Of a DNA stretch of 28,963 nucleotides, positions 17,311 to 25,523 are shown piece by piece (within the stretch, counting starts at the first letter, position 1; each line of letters opens with the position of its first letter). Location: NCBI GenBank assembly GCA_964442035.1, contig CAYTWZ010000002.1:2211-31173 (forward strand), in the 5' to 3' direction. A program made the translations under genes and the position numbers. The notes beneath the pieces are model-generated. The model made no database searches. It was not told the origin of the DNA and was given only the letters and a program-made list of their open reading frames with translations. This stretch comes from an uncultured Oscillospiraceae bacterium. Lineage in GTDB: Bacteria > Bacillota > Clostridia > UMGS1883.

Positions 17311-17366
17311 AAAAACGGTACGAGTGGCGGATTTGGCGTGCATAGTCCTCCACAGTACCGTTTTTT
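17311..17366 (+). terminator. Promoter-proximal terminator-like hairpin in the potA leader (candidate attenuator)
   Basis: aaaaacggtac…gtaccgtttttt with an internal extension gtgg/ccac, followed by U6. It starts only ~2 nt after the predicted TSS. Confidence 0.4.
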
Positions 17367-17450
17367 ATATTCCGCGGTGCTTTTCGCGGAAAATCGTGAG
17401 GGAGCGCTACGATAATTGCACTTCGTAAAAATTAAAGGGGTGACGCAGTT

Positions 17451-18944
17451 GTGAAGGACAACAAAAACATTATCATCGAGCTGAAAAACGTCTCGAAACA
17501 TTACGGTCAGACTTATGCAGTAGAGGATTTTAACTTATACGTGAAGAAGGGTGAGTTCGTTACTTTCCTAGGGCCTTCGGGCTGCGGTAAGACCACTACG
17601 CTTCGTATGATCGCGGGCTTTGAAATGCCCACCGGGGGCGAGATACTGCTTAACGGCAAGAATATCGCCAATCTTCCTCCCTACCACCGTCCGGTAAACA
17701 CGGTGTTTCAGCGCTACGCTCTGTTTCCGCATCTGGACGTTTACGACAACATTGCCTTCGGCCTTAAGCTGAAGAAGATCAACGACGGCAACGGGAAGAA
17801 GCGCAAGCTTACCAATAAGGAGATCAGCGAAAAGGTCAGGGGAGCGCTAAAAATCGTTGACCTTGAGGAGTATGAGGACCGGGACATCGCCACACTGAGC
17901 GGCGGACAGCAGCAGCGCATTGCTATTGCCCGAGCTATCGTAAACGAGCCCGAGATACTTCTTCTGGACGAGCCTCTGGGTGCGCTGGATCTTAAGATGC
18001 GCAAGGATATGCAGCTGGAGCTTAAGGAAATGCACAAAAAGCTGGGTATCACGTTTATTTATGTTACACATGATCAGGAGGAGGCGCTTACTCTGTCGGA
18101 CACTATTGTGGTAATGAAGGACGGCATGATTCAGCAGATCGGCACGCCAGAGGGCATCTACAACGAACCGGCCAACGCCTTTGTGGCCGACTTCATTGGC
18201 GAAAGCAATATCTATAACGGCACAATGATTGACAAGCTTAAGGTTCGGTTTCTCGGTCATGTGTTTGAAGCCCTTGACGACTTTGACAAAAATGAAAAGG
18301 TGGATGTTGTGGTACGTCCCGAGGATATCCACCTTGTGCCTCCGGGAGAGGGAATGCTGGACGGCAAGCTTATCAGCAAGATATTTAAGGGTATACACTA
18401 TGAGTATACTATGATGGTGGGCCGCAATGAGGTGATCATTCAGGATACCCGGAACATGGATATCAACTGTGAAGCAGGTATAATAATCGAGCCTGACGGC
18501 ATACATATAATGAAAAAGGAGCTCACTGCCAACGTATATGATGACGCCTACATTGACAAAAACAACAATGTAGTTATTTCAGATTCCCACTTCCCCTGTG
18601 ATGTGACAAAGCTGGTAGAAGGCTCAACTCTTGACAGTGATGGCTATGTGGTTGGACCTGACGGTACGGTGTACGACTTTACCGATGCGGATGTAAAAGC
18701 CACCATCGGCCTTGCGGATGTGGAAATACTTGACAACGTGGATGAGGGCGCTGTTCAGGGCAATGTTGTGGAGATTATATACAAGGGCGACCACTATGTT
18801 CTCACTGTACGTACCGATGAGGATGAGGACTTTGTTCTGGGTACGGAATATACATATGACGAGGGAGACCGCGTGGGTATACGTGTAAAGCCCGAGCATA
18901 TCGGCCTTACTCTGAAGGGGGAGGCAAAGAAATATGCGAAATAA
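17451..18944 (+). CDS. potA: Spermidine/putrescine ABC transporter ATP-binding protein with duplicated C-terminal TOBE-like domain
   Basis: GTG start after AAAGGGG. Walker A GPSGCGKTT, ABC signature LSGGQQQRIAIARA and Walker B ILLLDEP. The C-terminus is ~130 aa longer than canonical PotA. Confidence 0.85.
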   Translation: MKDNKNIIIELKNVSKHYGQTYAVEDFNLYVKKGEFVTFLGPSGCGKTTTLRMIAGFEMPTGGEILLNGKNIANLPPYHRPVNTVFQRYALFPHLDVYDNIAFGLKLKKINDGNGKKRKLTNKEISEKVRGALKIVDLEEYEDRDIATLSGGQQQRIAIARAIVNEPEILLLDEPLGALDLKMRKDMQLELKEMHKKLGITFIYVTHDQEEALTLSDTIVVMKDGMIQQIGTPEGIYNEPANAFVADFIGESNIYNGTMIDKLKVRFLGHVFEALDDFDKNEKVDVVVRPEDIHLVPPGEGMLDGKLISKIFKGIHYEYTMMVGRNEVIIQDTRNMDINCEAGIIIEPDGIHIMKKELTANVYDDAYIDKNNNVVISDSHFPCDVTKLVEGSTLDSDGYVVGPDGTVYDFTDADVKATIGLADVEILDNVDEGAVQGNVVEIIYKGDHYVLTVRTDEDEDFVLGTEYTYDEGDRVGIRVKPEHIGLTLKGEAKKYAK

Positions 18945-19737
18945 AAGTCTACGATTTCAGCGTAAATATCTTTCCATTCCTTATATGGTATTTATGGTCC
19001 TGTTTGTGGTGATACCATTAGTTCTGATCATTGCCTATGCCGCAACTGATCAGGGAGGGCAGCTTTCGGCGGAAAATCTGCTGTCCTTTTTCAGGGACAC
19101 CAACAATATTAATACCCTTATTATCAGCTTCTATATCGGCATCGGGAATACGGCTCTTTGCCTTTTGATAGGCTATCCTGTGGCTTTTCTTCTGGCTAAG
19201 AAGAATTTGGGCTTTACCATGGCTACGGTCCTGCTCTTTGTGATGCCAATGTGGATCAACTTTGTACTTCGTACGGCAGCTACAAGGGATCTGCTGTTCT
19301 GGTTAGGGCTCAATGGCGGTGAGCATCCTTACGTGGCTACAATGATAGGTATGGTATACAATTATCTGCCATTTACTATACTTCCCCTCTATACCACAAT
19401 GATAAAAATGGATCGAAGCCAGATCGAAGCCGGTTATGACCTGGGGGCTACTCCGGCGCAGGTGTTTGTGAAAAACATACTGCCCATGACCATGCCAGGT
19501 ATAGTTTCTGCGGCAACGATGGTTTTTATGCCCACTATGAGCAGCTACGTAATTTCCGACGTTATGGGTGAGAGAAAAATTTCCCTTATAGGCAACAGCA
19601 TTCAGTTGTACTTTGATCAGGGTCTGTGGCATATGGGCAGCCTTGTGGCGCTGGTAATGCTGGCAATTATACTTTTCGGCTCCTTCCTGACGCGTAATAT
19701 TAAGACTGACGACGATGCAAGAGGAGGGCTTTGGTAA
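18934..19737 (+). CDS. potB: Spermidine/putrescine ABC transporter permease
   Basis: 6 TM helices, an EAA-like loop (…DLGATPAQVF…) and an 11-nt overlap with potA. Confidence 0.85.
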   Translation: MRNKSLRFQRKYLSIPYMVFMVLFVVIPLVLIIAYAATDQGGQLSAENLLSFFRDTNNINTLIISFYIGIGNTALCLLIGYPVAFLLAKKNLGFTMATVLLFVMPMWINFVLRTAATRDLLFWLGLNGGEHPYVATMIGMVYNYLPFTILPLYTTMIKMDRSQIEAGYDLGATPAQVFVKNILPMTMPGIVSAATMVFMPTMSSYVISDVMGERKISLIGNSIQLYFDQGLWHMGSLVALVMLAIILFGSFLTRNIKTDDDARGGLW

Positions 19738-19738
19738 A

Positions 19739-20542
19739 ATGAAAAATTCCCGTTTTCTTGATTTTGTATCAAAGTTTTATGTTTATTTAGTGTTGCTGGT
19801 AATGTACGCGCCCATTCTGGTGCTGATTATTTTCAGCTTTACCAATACCAAGCTAATTGGCAGCTGGAACGGCTTCAGCCTGCATCTGTATTCGGCACTT
19901 TTCAAAAACAAGGAGATAGTAGGCGCGGCGGTAAATACCTTTGCAGTGGCCTTCTCCTCCGCGGCGGTTTCCACTGTGCTTGGTACGCTGGGGGCTATTG
20001 GTATTTTTTACAGCAGCAAGCGCAGCAAGGCTATTATGGAAGGCATTGGCCAGATACCGGTAATGAACGCCGAGATCGTCACCGCTCTTTCCCTGACAAT
20101 ACTGTTTGTATTCTGCGGCGTAAAGTTCAACTTTCTGACATTGCTTGTGGGCCATGTGGTTCTGACTATCCCGTTTGTGGTACTCAGCGTCCGTCCCAAG
20201 CTGACGCAGATGGATCCTAACGTCTATGAGGCGGCTCTTGATTTGGGAGCCACCCCAAATAAGGCGCTGATGAAGGTAGTAATGCCAGAAGTCATCCCCG
20301 GGGTGATCAGCGGCTTTATCCTTTCAGTCACCTTGAGTCTTGACGATTATATCATCACTGCCTTTACAAGGGATACCTCCTTCCAGACCCTGAGCACCTA
20401 CGTTTACGGTGTGACAAGCAAAAAGGGCACACTGCCCCCGTCTCTCAGGGCGCTTACCACTATTATAACCCTTCTTGCCATGGCTGTGCTCCTGGTGGCC
20501 AATCTTCGTAGCGGCGGCAAAGTAAAAAAGACAAGGCGCTAA
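19739..20542 (+). CDS. potC: Spermidine/putrescine ABC transporter permease
   Basis: ATG at 19739 follows GGAGGG and lies immediately after the potB stop. EAA loop (EAALDLGATPNKAL). Confidence 0.85.
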   Translation: MKNSRFLDFVSKFYVYLVLLVMYAPILVLIIFSFTNTKLIGSWNGFSLHLYSALFKNKEIVGAAVNTFAVAFSSAAVSTVLGTLGAIGIFYSSKRSKAIMEGIGQIPVMNAEIVTALSLTILFVFCGVKFNFLTLLVGHVVLTIPFVVLSVRPKLTQMDPNVYEAALDLGATPNKALMKVVMPEVIPGVISGFILSVTLSLDDYIITAFTRDTSFQTLSTYVYGVTSKKGTLPPSLRALTTIITLLAMAVLLVANLRSGGKVKKTRR

Positions 20543-20559
20543 GGGAGGTAATGTATGAA

Positions 20560-21990
20560 ATGAAAAGAATTATTGCCGCACTTATGGTGACTATGTTTTT
20601 TGCGTGTCTGCTGCCCTGTGCTTACGCTACAGGGGACGAGCAGGTGCTTCGGGTCTACAACTGGCAGGACTATATTAACGAGGGCCTTGACGACGATGGG
20701 GAAAAGGTGGATGACTCCGTTATTGAGCTGTGGGAGGCGGACTATTTTGAACGCACCGGCAAAAGAGTCAGGGTTCAGTATGACACCTTTGAGACCAACG
20801 AGACTATGCTGAACACCCTTCGCACCGGCAAGACTCAATATGATCTGGTCTGCCCTTCGGATTATATAATCCAGAAGATGCTTATCGAAACTCAAAGCGG
20901 TGTTGACGAAAACATCATGATTGAAAAATACGATCTTTCCAAAATGCCCAACTATAATGCCAACTGCTCTCCCTATATTCGGGATATATTTGACCGTTAC
21001 GGCTGGACAGATTACGCCGTTGGCTATATGTGGGGTAGCGTAGGTATAGTTTATAACCCCGAGACTGTCAGGGAGGAGGATGTAAAGACATGGGACATCC
21101 TCTGGAATCCTGACTACAAGAATAAGATTACCTGTAAAGATACCTCGCGTGACGCCTATGTAATAGGTCTGCTTAAGGTCTATGAGGATGAGCTGAGGGC
21201 CAACCGCGCCGCCTATGACAAGGGTGAGATCACCGGGGAGGAGCTTCAAAGGCGAACTCACCAAATCGTTAACCGGGTGGAGGATCAGGACATATACAAG
21301 GTCGAGGCTGCCCTAAAAGAAATGAAGGACAACATCTACGGCTTTGAGGCTGACAGCGGCAAGACTGATATTGTTTCCGGCAAAATTACCGCTAATGTTG
21401 CCTGGAGCGGCGATGCGGTCTACGCAATGGATCTTGCCGAGGAGGAGGACAACAAGTATCTCAACTATGTTGTTCCCGATGAAGGCAGCACTATCTGGTT
21501 TGACGGCTGGGTAATGCCGAAGGGAGCCAATGTGGAGCTGGCTCAGGACTTTGTAGACTTCCTTTGCCGTCCCGAAATCGCCGCCCGGAACGTGGAGTAC
21601 ATCGGTTATACCAGTGTGGTGGCCGGGGATGAACTGTTTGAGCTTGTATATGACTGGTACGGTGACAGTGATGGAGATATTGAGCATGACGTCAGCTATT
21701 TCTTTGACGGAACTCTTTCACCCCAAAACCTTACCGACGGCAGGGCCATTATCCGCACAAGTGAGGAAAACCGTCAGCTTATGGCCATGTACCCGGATAT
21801 GGACACATCCTTCCGTTGCGGCATAATGGAGGATTTCGGCTCTCAAAACGAGCAGGTTCTGAGGGCTTGGAGCCGTGTCAAGGGTACAAACCTTCCATTC
21901 GGAATGTATGTTGTTGCTATAGTGATAGTTGTGGGCGCTGCTGTCCTGTCAATACTGTATGGAGGAAAATACAAAAAAAGAAGAAGATAA
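20560..21990 (+). CDS. potD: Polyamine ABC transporter substrate-binding protein with C-terminal transmembrane anchor
   Basis: PotD/PotF fold motifs (VYNWQDYI…, …DGWVMPKGA…). N-terminal signal peptide with AYA cleavage-type site. C-terminal hydrophobic helix plus KYKKRRR. ATG at 20560 is 11 nt after GGGAGG. Confidence 0.8.
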   Translation: MKRIIAALMVTMFFACLLPCAYATGDEQVLRVYNWQDYINEGLDDDGEKVDDSVIELWEADYFERTGKRVRVQYDTFETNETMLNTLRTGKTQYDLVCPSDYIIQKMLIETQSGVDENIMIEKYDLSKMPNYNANCSPYIRDIFDRYGWTDYAVGYMWGSVGIVYNPETVREEDVKTWDILWNPDYKNKITCKDTSRDAYVIGLLKVYEDELRANRAAYDKGEITGEELQRRTHQIVNRVEDQDIYKVEAALKEMKDNIYGFEADSGKTDIVSGKITANVAWSGDAVYAMDLAEEEDNKYLNYVVPDEGSTIWFDGWVMPKGANVELAQDFVDFLCRPEIAARNVEYIGYTSVVAGDELFELVYDWYGDSDGDIEHDVSYFFDGTLSPQNLTDGRAIIRTSEENRQLMAMYPDMDTSFRCGIMEDFGSQNEQVLRAWSRVKGTNLPFGMYVVAIVIVVGAAVLSILYGGKYKKRRR

Positions 21991-21994
21991 ACGC

Positions 21995-22025
21995 AAAAAT
22001 CCGGGACAATAAGCCCCGGATTTTT
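21995..22025. terminator. Bidirectional rho-independent terminator between potD and the convergent minus-strand gene
   Basis: aaaaatccggg-acaataagc-cccggattttt, with T/A tracts on both sides. Confidence 0.65.
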
Positions 22026-22054
22026 GTGGGTCAGGGACTTTTACTTGGAGCCAT

Positions 22055-24451
22055 TCAATCCTCCAATATCTCGTCCACACACATATCCGCCAGCTCACGG
22101 GCGTATTCTTCACAGTACCCTTGGCTGGTTATATTTATGGAAGAGAAACCCTCCGATGGAGTCAGCAGTACCCAGCCCTTGTCAAAGCTCAGTTTTATAC
22201 CGTCGGTCAGATCCATAGGCTGGCTTTGATGACGGCTGTATATTTTGTTCATAGCTTGGGAGGTTTCGGCGCAGTCTACACCGGTGTGTATCATGTGGGT
22301 CTCGGGCAGACGGGCAAGAAGCTCGGACAATGAAGCGTTTTCGCTTTTCATAAAGTCAATCAGCTTGATCAGCGCGCCCACCGCATCAAAGGCGTAGATA
22401 AACTGGTCATACAGCATGGGGTCATCGGATTTGGTCAGCTCGCGCATAAGCTCCGGCGGAGAATTACGGGTGCGTACCACTACAGCACCGTATTTTTCAG
22501 CCAAAAGCTCAACTCCCGAAGGCGCTGATATCGGAACGTAGATTTTGGCGCCCCTGTGGGTATGCATTACAATCATAGCGGACAGAAGAGTGTATATATC
22601 ACGGCTGATTATTCTCCCGCTAATATCGATGAGGGTCAGTTCCTGACAGGACGGGTCGATAACAGCTCCCAGATCCGCGCCTTCTTCCTTTACGGCCTGG
22701 GCGATCTCATGAGGGCCTTTGTCAGAGGTCTCCACATGGCAGTTGAGATCATTGCCGGCGCTTTTCAGCAGACGCTTTGCCCAGTCGGAGCTGCCTCCTA
22801 CCAGCAACTTGTAGCCGAGGCTTTGCTTTTTAGTGGAGTTGATAAGGTTTTTGAGATAAAACAGCTTGTATTCAAAAAGGTACTCCGCATCCTTAATGTT
22901 TTCGCTGCTCCCCCGGGAAAAGTCCTCCAGTCGAAAGCTGCTTTTAAGCCTGTTCATCAGCTCGGACTGCGGGTCTGCACCGTTGGGACCTATGAGCTTG
23001 ATTTCTCCGTAGTCAGCTCCTCCCCGGGTATATACGTTTACCGCCGCACCGCCCCACAGCCGATGAAAGCGGACTCCGCTTCGGCTTACTGGAAGAGGCT
23101 GTTCCCCAAAGTCAAAGATTTTTGCTCCTGTGGAGAGCACTCCGCCGATGAAGGCGGATTTCAGCATTGCCGCCGCCGGTGAGCCGCTGTCGGATACGCC
23201 TACGCCGCAGCCATCCGCTGCTGTGCCAAAGGCTGCACCAAGGAGGGTCATTGTTTCGGGAGTTATTTCGCTGCCAAGCTCTCCCTGTACTCCGGCAGAG
23301 CTCCATATCCGTCCTCCCCCTACGCTACCCCATATAAGGTTGGAATGCTGCACGGTATCCGGAGGAAGCTCCTTATGTGGCCATATACGGACACCGGGCT
23401 TTACGGCACAGTTTTCACCTACCACGCTGCCGCTGCCTATCACTGCCTGCTCGTATACGGCGCTCCCGCGTTTAAGGACAGCTTCGCGGTCTATTACCGC
23501 ACCTCTAAGCTGAGCGTTTTCCTCCAGTCTGCATCCGTCAAGGGCAATGCCCCGCTTGATGCCGGATCCGGCACAGAGAGTGACCCCGCGGCCTATTACG
23601 CTGTAGGGCTCTACTCTGGAACCACGTAGGATACGGCTGCGCCCTCCGATAAATGCCGGCGGGCGCAGTACGGCTCCCTGCTGTATTTCGGCCCCGCTTT
23701 CAACCCAGATGCCCTCACTGTATTCCTCCGGCATGTTCAGCGCGGTTTTCCGATCAAGTATATCCCCGTGACAGCGGCGGTAGTCCCCAAGGCTCCCGAT
23801 GTTGCACCAGTATCCGCCGTGGGGCATACCGTATATACCGCGTTTGTCATTAAGCAAAACCGGAAATATGTCTCGTATCAGGTCAGTAAAAATTCCCTCG
23901 GGTATCAGTGTCAGCAGCTTAGGCGAGAGCACTCCCACTCCGCAGCTTATATATGAGGATGCAACAAGCCCCCAGTCCGTACTTTCGAACAGCCTGTTTA
24001 TCCGTCCTCCTTCTCCGATGGTCATTGTCGCCCGGTGAGGATATGGGGAGGCGGGTGCCAGCGCAATGGAGGCCAATGCTTTGCGGCTTTTGTGGAAACG
24101 AATAAGAGACGTAATGTCCATGTCCGTTATCACCGAGCCGCTCATTGCAACAAAGTCCCCATCTACAAAGTCCCAGGCGTTTTTTAACGCTCCGGCAGTA
24201 CCCAAGGGTGTATCTTCATTAAAATACGTCAGTCTAACTCCTAAGGCCGTACCGTCACCGAAAAATTCGCGTATTTTGCCTGCCATGTACCCTTCTGTTA
24301 CGGCAATTTCAGTTATGGCGTGCTTCTTCAGTAGCTTTATACAGTGCTCCATTATGGGCGCACCCATAATATTGAGCATAGGCTTTGGCCTGTCACAGGT
24401 GAGCGGCCTAAGCCGCGTGCCCTCGCCGCCGGCCAGAATTATAGCTTTCAC
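22055..24451 (-). CDS. Multidomain sugar-1-phosphate nucleotidylyltransferase (GlmU/ManC-like NTP-transferase plus left-handed beta-helix) fused to a C-terminal phosphoglucomutase/phosphomannomutase-like domain
   Basis: GTG start after GGGGG. N-terminal MKAIILAGGEGTRLRPLT nucleotidyltransferase motif, then hexapeptide-repeat region, then a PGM/PMM-like C-terminal half. In that half TASHNP reads TRGGAD and DGDGDR reads DPSCQE. Confidence 0.8.
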   Translation of the reverse strand: MKAIILAGGEGTRLRPLTCDRPKPMLNIMGAPIMEHCIKLLKKHAITEIAVTEGYMAGKIREFFGDGTALGVRLTYFNEDTPLGTAGALKNAWDFVDGDFVAMSGSVITDMDITSLIRFHKSRKALASIALAPASPYPHRATMTIGEGGRINRLFESTDWGLVASSYISCGVGVLSPKLLTLIPEGIFTDLIRDIFPVLLNDKRGIYGMPHGGYWCNIGSLGDYRRCHGDILDRKTALNMPEEYSEGIWVESGAEIQQGAVLRPPAFIGGRSRILRGSRVEPYSVIGRGVTLCAGSGIKRGIALDGCRLEENAQLRGAVIDREAVLKRGSAVYEQAVIGSGSVVGENCAVKPGVRIWPHKELPPDTVQHSNLIWGSVGGGRIWSSAGVQGELGSEITPETMTLLGAAFGTAADGCGVGVSDSGSPAAAMLKSAFIGGVLSTGAKIFDFGEQPLPVSRSGVRFHRLWGGAAVNVYTRGGADYGEIKLIGPNGADPQSELMNRLKSSFRLEDFSRGSSENIKDAEYLFEYKLFYLKNLINSTKKQSLGYKLLVGGSSDWAKRLLKSAGNDLNCHVETSDKGPHEIAQAVKEEGADLGAVIDPSCQELTLIDISGRIISRDIYTLLSAMIVMHTHRGAKIYVPISAPSGVELLAEKYGAVVVRTRNSPPELMRELTKSDDPMLYDQFIYAFDAVGALIKLIDFMKSENASLSELLARLPETHMIHTGVDCAETSQAMNKIYSRHQSQPMDLTDGIKLSFDKGWVLLTPSEGFSSINITSQGYCEEYARELADMCVDEILED

Positions 24452-24482
24452 CGTTGTTTCCCCCTTTTGTTTTCAGAAAACG

Positions 24483-24506
24483 CTGATTGATTCTAAAATG
24501 CTGATT
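24483..24506 (-). promoter_or_regulatory. AATCAG-box element, copy S2 (minus strand: aatcagcattttagaatcaatcag)
   Basis: Lies ~30-55 nt upstream of the GTG start of the nucleotidyltransferase gene. It is followed by the palindrome GTTTTCTGAAAAC. Confidence 0.35.
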
Positions 24507-24603
24507 GGCGGGAAAATTTTTCTCGCAGTAAGGCAAAAAGCGCATGATTACTTGCTGTATTATGGGCTTCTTTAACCGAACTGCGGGGGAAATAACCGTC
24601 AAG

Positions 24604-24650
24604 CAGCGTTTTAAGCCGTAGACGTGAATTAATCAGAGCTTCCTTGATAT
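24604..24650 (+). promoter_or_regulatory. AATCAG-box related element, copy S3 (cagcgtttta…gaattaatcagagcttccttgatat)
   Basis: Shares the gaattaatcagRgcttcctt arm and the cagcgtttta segment with S1. It sits in a 400-bp divergent intergenic region. Confidence 0.3.
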
Positions 24651-24795
24651 TATTTGCCGGGAGAAAAATCTTATTCCAGGAAAACTACGGATCCATACAT
24701 TTGATATAGTTCGGTTCCATCCATGCGATTTTTGCTTTAACTTTTTTGCCCGCAATCAAAAATACAAATAATACAAAAAAAATTACAAGATTGTT

Positions 24796-24824
24796 CTTGA
24801 CAATCATATGACCGTGTGATATAA
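24796..24824 (+). promoter_or_regulatory. Sigma-A promoter with extended -10 (TTGACA-17-TGaTATAAT) for the HTH-nfeD-floT operon
   Basis: ttgaca…gtgtgatataat. TSS ~22 nt before the ATG of the HTH gene. Confidence 0.55.
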
Positions 24825-24852
24825 TCATATCATAAGCAAAGAGGGTGATCAG

Positions 24853-25395
24853 ATGTATGTGCTTCCCGGAACAAATATTGAAGTAGGGGAGCTGTCCTTT
24901 GACAGCGTTAATTCGCTGCTGAATTCAATTTTTCTCACAGGAGGACTGGTGCTTAGTCAGGTGGCAGGAATGACTGACTGTGCTCCACATGTGGTGCAGA
25001 ATTGGGTCAAAAGAGGGTTTGTTTCGCCGCCGGTGAACAAGAAATACAGCAAGCGGCAGTTTTGCAGAATAGCCTTTATCAACTTTTTGAAGGATGTGAT
25101 GCAGATCGACAAGGTCACGGCGCTGATGGAATATATTAATGGGGCGCTGGATGATGAAAGCGATGATCTGGTGGATGACTGTACGCTGTACTGCTACTTT
25201 GCTCAGGTAATAGGACAGCTGACGGACTTCCGCCGGGACACCATAGAGTCTGTGGTGGAAAAGTCGGTCTCCGGAGGAGGAGACAGCTATATCCAAGTCA
25301 GGCTCAAGGCCACACTTATAGTTATGGCCACCTCTTACGGAGCGGCAATGCTTCGAAGCAGGGTCAATTTGCTTATAAGTCAGTTGGATATATAA
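24853..25395 (+). CDS. DUF1836-like protein with N-terminal MerR-type HTH
   Basis: LSQVAGMTDCAPHVVQNWVKRGFVSPP resembles the MerR HTH. The overall pattern matches the Firmicutes DUF1836 family (assignment tentative). Confidence 0.6.
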   Translation: MYVLPGTNIEVGELSFDSVNSLLNSIFLTGGLVLSQVAGMTDCAPHVVQNWVKRGFVSPPVNKKYSKRQFCRIAFINFLKDVMQIDKVTALMEYINGALDDESDDLVDDCTLYCYFAQVIGQLTDFRRDTIESVVEKSVSGGGDSYIQVRLKATLIVMATSYGAAMLRSRVNLLISQLDI

Positions 25396-25502
25396 CTAAA
25401 CGAAAGATGTTCCCGACTATATGGGCGGTGAGCGACCCTTTCGTTTTTCGGTGGGATATCAATCTCGAAACGTTGAAAGAGGGCTTTCAGCCCTTATTGG
25501 AA
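25391..25502 (+). promoter_or_regulatory. Conserved structured leader element, copy B (between the HTH gene and nfeD)
   Basis: Same 5' (TATAACTAAACGAAAGATGT) and 3' (GGGCTTTCAGCCCTTATTG) ends as copy A, with the same P1 stem. The internal hairpins are variable and covarying. It overlaps the stop codon of the upstream gene. Confidence 0.45.
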
Positions 25503-25523
25503 AAAAAGGGGGTCAAGGGGATA

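Noticed and set aside
17307-17501. 64-aa minus-strand ORF spanning the pot promoter and leader
   Set aside because: It overlaps the -10 region, the leader hairpins and the potA start. It has no RBS and a low-complexity composition.
25407-25523. In-frame N-terminal extension of the nfeD ORF (MFPTIWAVSDPFVFRWDINLETLKEGFQPLLEKKGVKG…), and the 76-aa ORF 4435..4665 with a similar DPFVF…INL… peptide
   Set aside because: The peptide similarity comes from the shared nucleotide element. The two copies differ by 1-, 2- and 7-nt indels, so corresponding residues are read in different frames. The real nfeD start is the ATG at 25524, which has an AAGGGGG RBS. The 4435 ORF has no RBS and overlaps the RBS and start of the membrane protein gene.
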